Source: Tubulanus polymorphus
Taxonomy: Eukaryota; Animalia; Nemertea
DNA length: 64,000 bases
Direction: 5' to 3'
Assembly (NCBI RefSeq): GCF_964204645.1
Contig: NC_134026.1
Coordinates: forward strand, 8,083,950 to 8,147,949
Shown here: in pieces, positions 32,160 to 44,854 of the stretch
Numbering within the stretch: position 1 is the first letter of the stretch
Layout of the letters: each line of letters starts with the position of its first letter
Position numbers and translations under genes: made by a program
The notes under the pieces: model-generated
Seen by the model: the letters and a program-made list of their open reading frames with translations, nothing else
The model's database searches: none
What the model was told of the DNA's origin: nothing

Positions 32160-33064
32160 TTATTATACATATTTTTTTACTAAATTGGTTAATAATTTAT
32201 AATCCTATTCTATTTCTTCGACTAACGTTATCCTTTTTCATTCTTCGTTGCTTTTGATAAGTTGTTTCGATTCCTTGATATCTAAATAATACAAGCGGCC
32301 GGCCATTTATGGCCGGTTTTGCTTAATGCGCATGTGTTAAACATAATTATAAATTCATTCTATAAATTCTGTAAAATAGAAACAACACATGCGTTACATG
32401 TGTCACATGCGGCCATTTATGGCCGGTTTTGCTTAATGCACATGCGTTAAACATAATAGAAACGACTGAACATAAAAATTCACAAATCAGATTTACACAA
32501 TACATTATACAAGTTGTTCAGTTATTTCTTCTAATACATCATTTGATTTCTATAAATACAATTTATAATTACAAACATTTTTTCAATTACTGGTAAATAT
32601 TTAACTACATCAACAAATGTTAAACTTAATCATTGGAGTCTTAATGTTTTTGAAATTCTTATATTTCTTCTTAGATCTTTTGGTGATTCTATTGGTTTGA
32701 TATCCACCGGTTTGTGCGTGTTTAATTTGACACCAGTTCCACAGTTGTATATAGGTTTATTTGACTCTGGGCCTAGTTCCACAGTTATCTAAAAGATATA
32801 TCAAAATATAAATTTCTACACATAAATATATTTAAAGGTTTCATATTTAGCGGCCTTAATAAACAAAAACTGTACTTACATTTAACTCACGAACTGTAAA
32901 CTGTATATGATGTGGCGTTTATGAGACTGTTATGATACAGCGTTTATGAGAATATCCTGGTTATGACACAATGTTTATGGGACTATATCCGTTGAAAAGC
33001 GATCGATATATGCTGGTATTTCGTTCTGTGTGTGTATACGCAACTAATTGCTTTTCACCCGTAG

Positions 33065-33170
33065 ACTGTCAAGCGTCTGATGTGCGCGCCTATTTATACT
33101 ATTCTATGCTCAGAAACATCTAGAATAAGTGTGTTGAGACTTGCGAATTATGAGATTTTTGATTGGTTAG
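33065..33170 (-). promoter_or_regulatory. Candidate host RNA polymerase II core promoter inside the element
   Basis: Minus strand: CCAAT (~33166-33162), TATAAATA (33098-33091), CAGT initiator with its A at 33067, i.e. 31 nt after the first T of the TATA box. Confidence 0.45.
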
Positions 33171-33424
33171 AGCTTAGTTGTCCAGAAACATCTAAAAAGC
33201 GCGTTGAGACTTGTAAATTATGAGATTTGTGATTCGCTAACGTCCGCCGTATGATGTATAATACACAACGCGTTGAGACTTGTAAATATAGTTGAAAAAA
33301 AATCAATAATAAAGGCATTTAGATCAATGAAATTAATTAACTCTTTACAATTGAAATATAAGCTGGTAACATATGTTTACTAGAGCTAATACAACCAACT
33401 ATATAGCTGAGTATTATCAGGCGT

Positions 33425-33598
33425 TTATAACGATTCAACATATTTTTCACTATATGTTGAGTTCCTTAATTCGATAAATGTCTTTGCTTTAACCAACTGG
33501 ACTAAAAACAAATGTGTTCTAGTTTTATTGTGTCTTGCTTTTGGGGATTTATCTATATCGATATTACATGTTGGGCAGTAGTATTTATTTGCTTCCAT
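33425..33598 (-). CDS. 57-aa mini-ORF sharing the PolB promoter and first zinc finger
   Basis: MEANKYYCPTCNIDIDKSPKARHNKTRTHLFLVQLVKAKTFIELRNSTYSEKYVESL*; first 30 aa match the PolB N-terminus except Q19P. Confidence 0.45.
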   Translation of the reverse strand: MEANKYYCPTCNIDIDKSPKARHNKTRTHLFLVQLVKAKTFIELRNSTYSEKYVESL

Positions 33599-33680
33599 TT
33601 TAATACTATATTTTTTATTAAAATTGATTTTAGAAGTTCAATAATTTAAATGTTATTCATATATATATGAATATTTTAAG

Positions 33681-34088
33681 AGTAATAGGGGTAATGGGCT
33701 TTCAGGCTAAAGGTTTAATGATCGAGCCCATTAAAAAACAAAATATTAAAAGTAATTAAAAAACTATAATATATTTTCATAACCGCGTGCATTTCAGTTG
33801 AATAATAGAATAATTATTATCATTTGAATATATTTGATTATTTGAATTTGTGTATTGTAATTAAATCAATTGGTCGCGGAGCGGAGCGGTAGCGAAGTGG
33901 AGCGACCAATTGATTTAATACAATATGCTTTTTATATTATTGATATCTTAGAATAAATATTTAGTTTTGATATAAAATGCACGCGGTTATGAAAATATAT
34001 TATAGTTTTTTAATTACTTTTAATATTTTGTTTTTTAATGGGCTCGACCGTTCGACCTTTGGCCTGAAAGCCCATTACCCCTATTACT
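33681..34088. repeat. Right terminal imperfect palindrome (408-bp hairpin)
   Basis: AGTAATAGGGGTAATGGGC...TTTTCATAACCGCGTGCATTT pairs with AAATGCACGCGGTTATGAAAA...GCCCATTACCCCTATTACT; inner stem TAAATCAATTGGTCGC/GCGACCAATTGATTTA around a purine-rich loop (~33878-33901). Confidence 0.92.
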
Positions 34089-34158
34089 ACCCTCAATTTC
34101 CTCATGCTGTCCCCCACGGGTTAGGCATAGCTGCCAATGATCGAGGCAGAAACATCAG

Positions 34159-34267
34159 GGCCTGGTTTTATAGACTGGTATTAACTTTAACCCGGGGGCT
34201 AACTCAATTGATAGTGAATTGAGTTAGCCCTGGGGTTAAAGTTAATACCAATCTATAAAACCGGGCC
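34159..34267. mobile_element. Fold-back MITE, PIF/Harbinger-like
   Basis: Near-perfect palindrome GGCCTGGTTTTATAGA...TCTATAAAACCGGGCC flanked by CAG on both sides (3-bp TSD). Confidence 0.7.
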
Positions 34268-34382
34268 CAGGAATTTATATCGACTTAAATCCGCACAAAA
34301 GAACATAGAAAAAACCAATAATCTATTTATGATTCTATTTTATCACGTTGTATTTGTTTTCCAACAAATGCGTGTATATATT

Positions 34383-34886
34383 TCAACCTCTCCTGCGACT
34401 GCGGCGCTGACCTGCGCCATTTTGCTTCTGCTTCTTTTGCTTCTTCTGCTTACTTCCACCCACGTCTGCTTCGACTTCTTCTGGTTCTTTAACTTCATCC
34501 GGTTCAACTTTATCTGGTTCAGCTACATCTGGGTCAACTTTATCTGATTCAGATGTACATTCCATGGCCAGCAACTGTTGCAATTCCTCTATTCGCTCAT
34601 CTTTCTCGTTCAGTCTTAGGTGGTAGACTTGCCTTTGTTCTTCCATATTTTCCAAGTGACGTTGTTTTTGGTCCTCGAGGTTTTTCAGAGCAAGCTCGTT
34701 TTGGTCTGCCCGCTCTTGTTTGTGGTTCTCATTATTGTTTTCCATCTCTTCTCGGTGGCGTTTTTTCATTTTATTTGTTAATTGTTGGCATGCTTGACCT
34801 TCTCCAGCTTCGTTGAATTCGACGAGTAAAGCGACCACTAGTACGACTAGAATACAAACTCGTCCAAATGTCTTCATTGTCCACAT
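34383..34886 (-). CDS. Orphan secreted coiled-coil protein with basic tail, paralog A (167 aa)
   Basis: Signal peptide (MKTFGRVCILVVLVVALLVEFNEA), Cys-flanked E/Q/K coiled coil, EPD repeats, K/R tail; splice acceptor TTTATTGATAG just before the ATG; frame conserved with paralog B. Confidence 0.8.
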   Translation of the reverse strand: MWTMKTFGRVCILVVLVVALLVEFNEAGEGQACQQLTNKMKKRHREEMENNNENHKQERADQNELALKNLEDQKQRHLENMEEQRQVYHLRLNEKDERIEELQQLLAMECTSESDKVDPDVAEPDKVEPDEVKEPEEVEADVGGSKQKKQKKQKQNGAGQRRSRRRG

Positions 34887-35244
34887 CTATCAATAAAACA
34901 CATATAGAAATTACACCAAGATCTATTCCACACCAGGCGCGATCGCGCTAACGTCGCAAACATTTCGTGCCCTTTTTCATTTTTTCATCCCCAAATTAGA
35001 TAGGGCACAAATTGAGTCGTCTCATTTTTTTTTACAAAATAAGCAAGGTAGATAATTTTCAACAAAAATGCACACCATCTTCCAGGGATAGGCCTAATAA
35101 GTAAGTTAATGCAATCGCGGGATCCGTAACCGGAGTCCGGACCCCGTGTACTGACCCATGGTAAATAAATGTGATCGCGGGGTCCGGAGCTGGGCCCCTA
35201 CCCGGAACCTGAAGGATGGCTGGGTTGATTGATAGACACCACAC

Positions 35245-35500
35245 CTGCTGACTGATCGTAGTCACCACACCTGACTGGTCACCAGTCACTAACTACACCA
35301 GACTGATCACCAGTCACTGCCCTTGCTGACTGGTCACCAGTCACTAACTACACCAGACTGATCACCAGTCACTGCACTCGCTGACTGGTCACCAGTCACT
35401 TACTACACCAGACTGATCACCAGTCTCTGCACTTGTTGACTGATCACCAGTCACTACTGCCGACTGATCACACCACGAACTTTGCTCACCACTTGACCAG
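35245..35500. repeat. Tandem repeat followed by a tRNA-like SINE head (~35528-35597)
   Basis: CTGA(C/T)TG(G/A)TCACCAGTCACT units; downstream GTTCGAGTCC B-box. Confidence 0.6.
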
Positions 35501-38139
35501 ATAAACTGCCAGACTCCGTCAATCTACTAGTCTAATCTAGCGGTTCGCATTCTAGGCTGGCTATGCAGGAGGTCGCAGTTCGAGTCCTGCCTGGGTTAGG
35601 TTTACGCCTGAGCTAGACTTAGGGTTATCGACGACAGGTCTTCTTCTATTGGTGTTTTCGATGTTTGCTTCGTGGTATGGAATTTTGGACCTACCACTTG
35701 GGAAGGAATAGTTGTGCATATTTGTGTCTGAAACTGGGGTTAGAATTGTTTTGCAGAAAAGTTTTAATTTTGGAATAACGAAACTGCCGTTAAGAACTTC
35801 GTTCTGATGTACGTATCTAATATCATTATTAGGTTGGAGGTTGCAAGAGGAGCGTGCGTAACTATGATAAAATCGTGTGCGGAGAATAATCATCATCTAA
35901 CCTTTCTGTTTGATACGCCGCGATGAAATCTCGGTCTGTTATGATTCGAAGCGGTCTAAAATTAGGCATTTTATAATAGTACTGGTATTTCGTTAACGCT
36001 TCAAGAAACATTTTAATTTAAGTAACATACCTCGATGACACATGTCAGGATCAGATTGTGGTGACAGTAGTACGTGGCAAGTGTAGCTTCCAGTGGCGGG
36101 CACAGAATCAATTTCCGATGGGCTTGGCACCCCTATTCAGGGCTGGCGGAACCGGTACGGCCAGTACGGCTGGACCATTAATTTTGCCGATTATGTTTCA
36201 AAATTTCTTTAACTTAAAACTTCGGTCATTGGTGGTATCATTCAGTAGTCTAATTTACTGTAAATACTGATAGTAAATGTGTGTTTCATAGTTTTACATG
36301 TTTTATTTGTATATTTCTGATATTATAAACATGTAGTATAATATAGCAGCTCAAGATAATCCTGTTCACGATATTTTCAAGTTTGCTTATCCCAATCTTG
36401 TACATTGTTTCATCACGATATTAAAAAGCCTGTTTTGTGTCTATAGATTTCTAAATCCAGTGTAGCAACCTTCTTATTTTAACTACCTTCAAGTATCTCC
36501 CCAACAAATCGCCACAATGCCTATGGCGGCCATGACAATAATTGTCAATTTCTTGATGTGTGGCTATAGAACCAGCAAATTGTGACCTCGAAAATTTTCG
36601 GTGCACGGGACTCCGCTATTGGGGCTTGATATAGACGAACCGGATGCATTCTTAAATGCTCCCAATTGTGTATCATAAGTGAATTTTTCAAAATTTTCCG
36701 CGCAGTTATTAATTGCGACGGACCAGAGCGCGCTACGCGCTTCTGCCTATTAGGTACGGTTTGGGATGGCCGTACCTTCCGCCGTCCTTGCTATTTCATA
36801 ACATTTTGTGACTGCAAAAAGTTTCTTATTTTTAAATTCAGTGTTTTAATTGCTGTTTTCTGATCAGATACCAGATATTGAAACCAAATGAAAGCTGACC
36901 AACTCGCATCAAATCTTTGAGCCTTCGACGCTTGGCTTTACTGGCGTGGTTTAGGTCCACTTGTAGTTTAAAACGCATCCCCTTTGGAGGCTATAGGCCT
37001 GCAGAGGGTGCTCAGAGGTTAATGGAAGGGTCTTTAGGTGACAAAACATTGCGTTTCAATGGCGGGGAAATTGGGTGACAATACATTCTCCAGACTTCTG
37101 AAAAAGATTGGCATTTCTCCAATTAAAAAAGCATACAGCATGCTGTCGACATTTCATCTGAACCCGCTCTAAATCTGCACTAGACTTAAGTTCCAATGCC
37201 ACCAGACACTCCAGACAGGAACATTATTTGTAAGAGTTGGCCTATGCTTAATTGATAATTAAGTTGTAATTTGTAGCTGGTTGGCGCTGATCAGTCGGGA
37301 TTTTGGGGAACCCATGTAAGAATCTGTTTGTAGTAACTTGGAAACATGTTTGTAGAACCTCGATGAACACAGTGAAGCACTGTGTTTATACGTAGATCCT
37401 AGTTTTAAAGCCCTCTTGTAGAACCTAGTTTTAGAACCATATTTGTAGTATCTAGAACCTTAACGCGGTTTTAACGCGGCGTTAAAACGAAAAACTGGTT
37501 TTAACGATGCGTTAAAACCAAAATTTCGTTTTAATGATGCGTTTAAACGAAAAACTGGTTTTAACGATGCGATAAAACGAAAAATGTAGAATTAGAAAAA
37601 AATTGGTGGAGACCGAGTGTCATTTTAATTTTTTTTTTCTTTAATGTGGCCCGAATCTATGAATCAGCCACCATACTTATCAGAGGATATCTCACTGATC
37701 GGAGTCAGCTGATAAATCACTTGTACAAGCCTTATTTCTCGATTGGATCACTGCAATACCGAATATCCATGGAACTTATTCAAAAACTTCCAACCTCTCC
37801 AGAAGTCGTTACCCGTGCTCCTCGCTTTGATCAGATTTTCCTGTTCTTCATCGATCGTCTCCATTGGTTACCCGGTGTCCGCTAGAATAACAATCTTCGA
37901 AAAACGATATTCCGGGAAAAACAAAAAACGATAAACAACTACCTGATGCATTTAAGATAGACAACAATCGAACAAAAGTAGAAGATAAAAATTTGATTTC
38001 TTGAAATTAAAGATCCCTCTAATGAACGTTTTCTTCTTTCTAACTACACGCAACGAGTTCAAAAATAAATAGTAGAAAATAAATTGTTTAAGGATAAGGT
38101 ATTGATGAAATTAAAATGAAAGTTATCACGAGTGTATTG

Positions 38140-39225
<1,086 letters not shown>

Positions 39226-39309
39226 CACAGTAATCCAAAATATACCAGACCGAGTAAATTTCCAAAACGACCTTAACACACTGTTCGACCAAAAAATTTA
39301 ATGTTCCGA

Positions 39310-42300
39310 CAAAACCACGGGTACAAAACCAAAATTATGAATTGTCGCGGGTGACAAAACCAAAATATTGAATTGTCACGGGCGACAAAACCAAAATAAT
39401 GAATTGTCGCGGGCGATAAAACCACAATAATGAATTGTCGCGGGCGTTAAAACCAAAATATTGAATTGTCGCGGCGATAAAACCAAAATAATGAATTGTC
39501 GCGGACGACAAAAACAAAATATTGAATTGTTGCATGCGACAAAACCAGAATAATGAATTGTCGCGGGCGACAAAACCAAACTAGGGGTCCAGGGACACCA
39601 TGCTCACTTGGGAAGTGGTTTCAAATGCTCAACAATCTAACAATCTCAATACATAACGCCCTCTAGTGACCATATACAAAAACCAATGACCTTGAAACCC
39701 ACCACAATCATAGAACATGTGAGCAGCTATGATTTTGTAATTGATTGTGATAACAAAATATGCCTCGTTACCAATTTAATATGGAAATACTAAGTTATTC
39801 TACTATTCAACGCCCCTGGTGACCATATGCAAAACCCAATGACCTTAAAACTCACCACAATCGTAGTACATGTCATGAAATGCAATTGATCATAGTAACA
39901 AAATATGCCTAGGTACCAATCTAATAAGGAAATACTAAGCCATTCTACTATTCAACGCCCCCTGGTGACTATATGGAATAACTAATGTCCTTAAAAACTC
40001 ACCACAATCATAGACGATGTCATGATCTACAACTTTGCAATGGATCATGGTAACAAACTATGCCTAGGTACCAATCTAATAAGGGAAAACTAAGCTTTTC
40101 TACTATTCAACGCCCCCTGGTGACTATATGGTATAACTAATGTCCTTAAAAACTCACCACAATCATAGACGATGTCATGAACTACAACTTTGCAATTGAT
40201 CATGGTAACAAAATATGCCTTGGTACAAATATAATATAGCAATACTAAGTTATTGTATTATTCAACGCCCCCTGATGGCCACATACTAAAACCAATGACC
40301 TTGAAACTCACCAAAATCATAGAACACGTTATGGGCTACAACTTTCCAATTGAATGTAGTAACACAATATGCTTAGGTATCAATTTAATGTGGAATAACT
40401 TTTTTCCACCTACGAATGAGTACTGATGACAATTGCGTCATAATTGGCGGATCAAAAATACCTACCTCAGGTATAAAACATCCCTTTACAAAGAATACCC
40501 ATCACAAATTGCAATGAGAAATGGCGAACCAGTAGGAAGCTACAGGACCTAGAATTCTGGCCAAAATTGACATTTTTGGGCACTAAAAAGGTCATAGGAC
40601 GGCCATCTTGAGTCAGATCGACCCAATTTTCTTATGCTGATGGGCCTTTGGTAGATTCAAATATAAACGAAAGATCAAGGTAATTGATCAAAGCGTCTTC
40701 AAAATTTCCCCATGAAAACTTCGAAAATGTTTAAAAAGTGCTGATTTTGGCAAACAACAATGGCTGCCAGTCGGCCATCTTGAATCTGACAGGGCCAGTT
40801 TTTGGGCTGACGATGTGTCTAGGGTAGATACATGTATAAACCAAATATCAAGACATTACCTTGAAGCGTCTTCAAAACTTCCCAAAATAACTGGATTCCG
40901 TCTACGGACGGACGGACGAACGGACGAACGGACGAAAAGTGAACACAATAGCCCGCTGGGACTAAAGTCCCAAGTGGACTGAAAAAGAATTGTCGCGGGC
41001 GATAAAACCAAACTAATGAATTGTCGCGGGTGATAAAACCAAAATATTGAATTGTCGCGGGCGACAAAACCAAACTAATGAATTGTCGCGGGCGATAAAA
41101 CCAAACTAGTGAATTGTCGCGGGCGATAAAACAAAAATATTGAATTGTCGCGGGCGATAAAACCAAAATAATGAATTGTCTCGGGCGATAAAACCAAAAT
41201 ATTGAATTGTCGCGGGCGATAAAACCAAAATAATGAATTGTCTCGGGCGATAAAACCAAAATATTGAATTGTCGCGGGCGATAAAACCAAAATAATGAAT
41301 TATCTCGGGCGATAAAACCAAAATATTGAATTGTCGCGGGCGATAAAACCAAAATAATGAATTGTCGCGGGCAACAAAACCAAAATATTGAATTGTCGCG
41401 GGCGACAAAACCAAAAAAAAATTGTCGCGGGCGACAAAAACAAAGTATAAAACCAAAATAATGAAATGTCGCAGGCGTCAAAACCAAAAACAAGAATTGT
41501 CGCGGGCGACAAAACCAAAATAATGAATTGTCGCTGGAGATAAAACCAAAGTAATGAATTGTTGTGGGCGATAAAACCAAAATATTGAATTGCGGGCGAC
41601 AAAATAATGAATGACGTAATGAATTGTCGTGGGCGATAAAACCAAGATATTGAATCGCGGGCGACAAAACCAAAAAAGAATTGTCGGGGCGACAAAACCA
41701 AAATAATGAATTGTCGCGGGCGACAAAACCAAAATGGTGAATTGTCCAGGCGACAAAACCAAAATGGTGAATTGTCGCGGGCGACAAAACCAAAATAATG
41801 AATTGTCGCGGGCGATAAAACCAAAATAATGAATTGTCGCGGGCGATAAAACTAAAATAATGAATTGTCTCGGGCGACAAAACCAAAATAATGAATTGTC
41901 GCGGGCGATAAAACCAAAATAATGAATTATCGCGGGCGATAAAACCAAAATATTGAATTATCGCGGGCGATAAAACCAAAATATTGAATTGTCGCGGGCG
42001 ACAAAACCAAAAAAGAAAATTGTCACGGGCGACAAAAACAAAATATAAAACCAAAATAATGAATTGTCGCAGGCGACAAAACCAAAAAGAAGAATTGTCG
42101 GGGGCGACAAAACCAAAATAATGCATTGTCGCTGGCGATGAAACCAAAGTAATGAATTGTCGTGGGCGATAAAACCAAAATAATGAATTGTCGGGGCGAC
42201 AAAACCAAAATAATGAATTGTCGCGGGCGACAAAACCAAAATAATGAATTGTCGCGGGCGACAAAACCAAAAAAAAAGAATTGTCGGGGCGACAAAACCA

Positions 42301-42630
42301 AAATAATGAATTGTCGCGGGCGATAAAACCAAAATAATGAATTATCGCGGGCGATAAAACCAAAATATTGAATTGTCGCGGGCGATAAAACCAAAATATT
42401 GAATTGTTGCGGGCGACAAAACCAAAAAAAAAATTGTCGCGGGCGACAAAAACAAAATATAAAACCAAAATAATGAATTGTCGCGGGCGACAAAACTAAA
42501 AAGAAGGATTTTCGCGGGCGACAAAACCAAAATAATGAATTTTCGCTGGCGATAAAACCAAAGTAATGAATTGTCGTGGGCGATAAAGTCAAAATATTGA
42601 ATTTTTCGCTGGCGACAAAATCAAAATCAT
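39310..42630. repeat. 31-bp satellite array split in two (39310-39580, ~40985-42630) by an insertion
   Basis: AAAACCAAAATA(A/T)TGAATTGTCGCGGGCGA(T/C) units on both sides. Confidence 0.93.
39581..40981 (+). mobile_element. ~1.4-kb non-autonomous element (Helitron/HINE-like) with internal ~120-bp tandem repeats
   Basis: Interrupts the satellite between A-tracts without an evident TSD; internal ...TTCAACGCCCCCTGGTGAC... repeats, (GGAC)n tract, short 3' hairpin GGGACTAAAGTCCC. A fragment recurs at ~48775-48872. Confidence 0.55.
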
Positions 42631-43614
42631 TGTTTTCTCGCGTTATTTTAGTTTTGTCGTTTTGTCGTTATGTCGCCCTCATTTGCATATTCGTGTTTTT
42701 TTACCTTATCAGCCACCATACTAAAGCCTTAAGGTCGCGTAAAACTCGATAAACACTTCAAGCGACACAGCGAACGATCTCCTTTCCTCCACAGCGAACG
42801 CTTACTCCGAATGTCAGCATACGGATAGGAGTGTGTTGTATACTTGTATTTAGTAAATACCTTGTGGATTTGACAATGATCGGTATGTATTGTAGGAAAT
42901 ATAGAGTATTGATGGTATTGATATAGAGGTTGAAGCCCGCGGCCGAATAAAGTAATACATTTCTTTATTTTGATACCTCGTCGACATAACAGCTTTTCTT
43001 CGCTATATCTCTTCGGCGTGTTTAGTTTAGGCCTACTACTCCCCGGTACACTTATGATTTATCTTAGTAAATACACAGTTAATTTGGTAAAGAAAAATAG
43101 GTATTGCTAAACTAACTGCTTGAAACCCGCAGCCAAATCACTGGTAGTTATAAATTAATTTGTACTCGATTTGATTATGATGAGGAGAAACTCGCAGCTG
43201 ATCCCCGGAACGACGATGTAGTAACATACGTCGATTCGTCGATGTTTACGGCTCGACAGTGCTTTTAAAATCTAAATTAGTAAATTTCCAGTGTATCGGT
43301 AATATGATTTGATGAGGAAAATGGGCTATTGTTAAAATCACTGATTGAAGACCGCGACTGAATGTGAAGTCTGCGGCAATAAATTAGTTCATTTATACTT
43401 GAATTGATAATCGAAGTGACAGTCGGCCTGCGGGTTGATTTCGGGATGACGACTCGAAAAACATGTCGCCCCATTGAATGGGGCTAAATTTTCGATGTTT
43501 ACGGCCCGACAGCGCTTTTGTAGATCTCAGTGAGTTGAACGATATTATATGGATTGTATATGAAACAGCGGTAAGGTAACAAAGCCTATGTTCTTTTGGT
43601 AAAAATAGTGTGGA

Positions 43615-43915
43615 AGAAAATAATAATAATAATAATCACGCGGATATCAATAGGGTTTTCTGTGAAATAACAGAAAACCCTAATAATAATAATAAGAAAC
43701 ACGCGAATCTCAATAGGGTTTTCTGTGATGTAACAGAAAACCCTAATAATAATAATAATAAGAAACACGCGAATCTCAATAGGGTTTTCTGTGATGTAAC
43801 AGAAAACCCTAATAATAATAATAATAAGAAACACGCGAATCTCAATAGGGTTTTCTGTGATGTAACAGAAAACCCTAATAATAATAATGATAATAATAAT
43901 AATAATAATAATAAA
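43615..43915. repeat. ~63-66-bp tandem repeat of a palindrome plus (AAT)n at the tail of a LINE
   Basis: Four units of TAGGGTTTTCTGTGATGTAACAGAAAACCCTA followed by (AAT)n. Confidence 0.85.
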
Positions 43916-44310
43916 GAGCTTGTATAGCGCAGAATCCGTGTTTCCACGCTCAGTGCGCTGTCTCCACATAATGCCATCTATACAATAAAGTTTTCAAAGC
44001 TTTTCGAAAGCGGTCACATCTTCAATTTTTCTGATTCCGATTGGTAGACTGTTCCACAATAATGGACCTTTATGAGAAAAGGACCGATCGCCATATTTAT
44101 TGTTGGTACGCGGTACAACTAGGCTGCGGTTGACACATGACCGTGTTCTGCCTTCCACCAATTTCAACATGTCTGACAGATAAACTGGCATCTTCTCGTA
44201 CAACGCACGATGAACAAGACAGATAACTTTATATTCCGTGCGAGACTGGATTGGTAGCCAGTGAAGCTCCCGAAGGACAGGTGATATGTGGTAGTACTTT
44301 CTGCGCCGTC
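43916..44310 (-). mobile_element. 5'-truncated L2-group LINE (ORF2 C-terminus and 3' UTR)
   Basis: RRKYYHISPVLRELHWLPIQSRTEYK...YGDRSFSHKGPLLWNSLP, followed by a short UTR and (TAT)n tail. Confidence 0.82.
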
Positions 44311-44479
44311 ATACTTATAGTGCAACGTGTAGATATACGTTTGGAGTAAATCGGGGGATTAATGCGCAAGCTGAAATATAAAAGCGTAGTAATATGGAAC
44401 TAAAAGAAGTTCCGTGAAAATAGATCCTTGATTGGGGATCCATATTCTACAGCTGATGACATGCGACACCTTTCATACT

Positions 44480-44820
44480 AGGGTGATGACTCTACTGGAC
44501 GGTTGACAGATGACACCCTACACACCAGTTAGGTGACGACTCCACAGACGGTTGACAGATGACACCCTACACTGCAGTTAGGTGACGACTCCACAGGACG
44601 GTTGACGGATGCCACCCACTGCAGTTAGGTGATGACTGCACAGGACGCCAACAGGTAAACCCCTTACAATACAATTAGGTGACGACTCCACAGGACGGTT
44701 GACAGATAACACCCTACACACCAGTTAGGCGATGACTGCACACGACGGTTGACAGGTAGACACCCTCAGTAAGGTGATAGCTGTACGGACGGTTGACGAT
44801 AGGCCCCTTTGCCAGTTAGG
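44480..44820. repeat. Degenerate ~50-bp tandem repeat
   Basis: CAGTTAGGTGACGACTCCACAGGACGGTTGACAGATGACACCCTACAC-like units. Confidence 0.75.
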
Positions 44821-44854
44821 CTCCGTGTTAACGCGTATACCAATTGTCTTATCT

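Larger units (their letters stand above)
15774..34088. mobile_element. Full-length Polinton/Maverick-type endogenous DNA virus (18,315 bp)
   Basis: Begins AGTAATAGGG, ends CCCTATTACT; identical 6-bp TSD ACCCTC at 15768-15773 and 34089-34094; outer 47 bp inverted repeat with one mismatch; abrupt shift to AT-rich, densely packed intronless ORFs for pPolB, rve integrase, packaging ATPase and capsid proteins. Confidence 0.96.

Noticed and set aside
15774-34088. Interpretation as bacterial prophage or contaminant
   Set aside because: Flanked by a perfect 6-bp TSD within animal DNA, with the Polinton gene set and no Shine-Dalgarno pattern.
35528-35597. Possible tRNA gene (also 103-170)
   Set aside because: B-box present but no complete cloverleaf or T-run terminator; better explained as SINE heads.
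40819-42592. 549-aa and other overlapping minus-strand ORFs
   Set aside because: Artefacts of the 31-bp satellite, which lacks stops on that strand.
39310-42630. CRISPR-like appearance of ~31-bp repeats (also 2791-3470)
   Set aside because: Units are head-to-tail with no unique spacers, there are no cas genes, and the DNA is eukaryotic.
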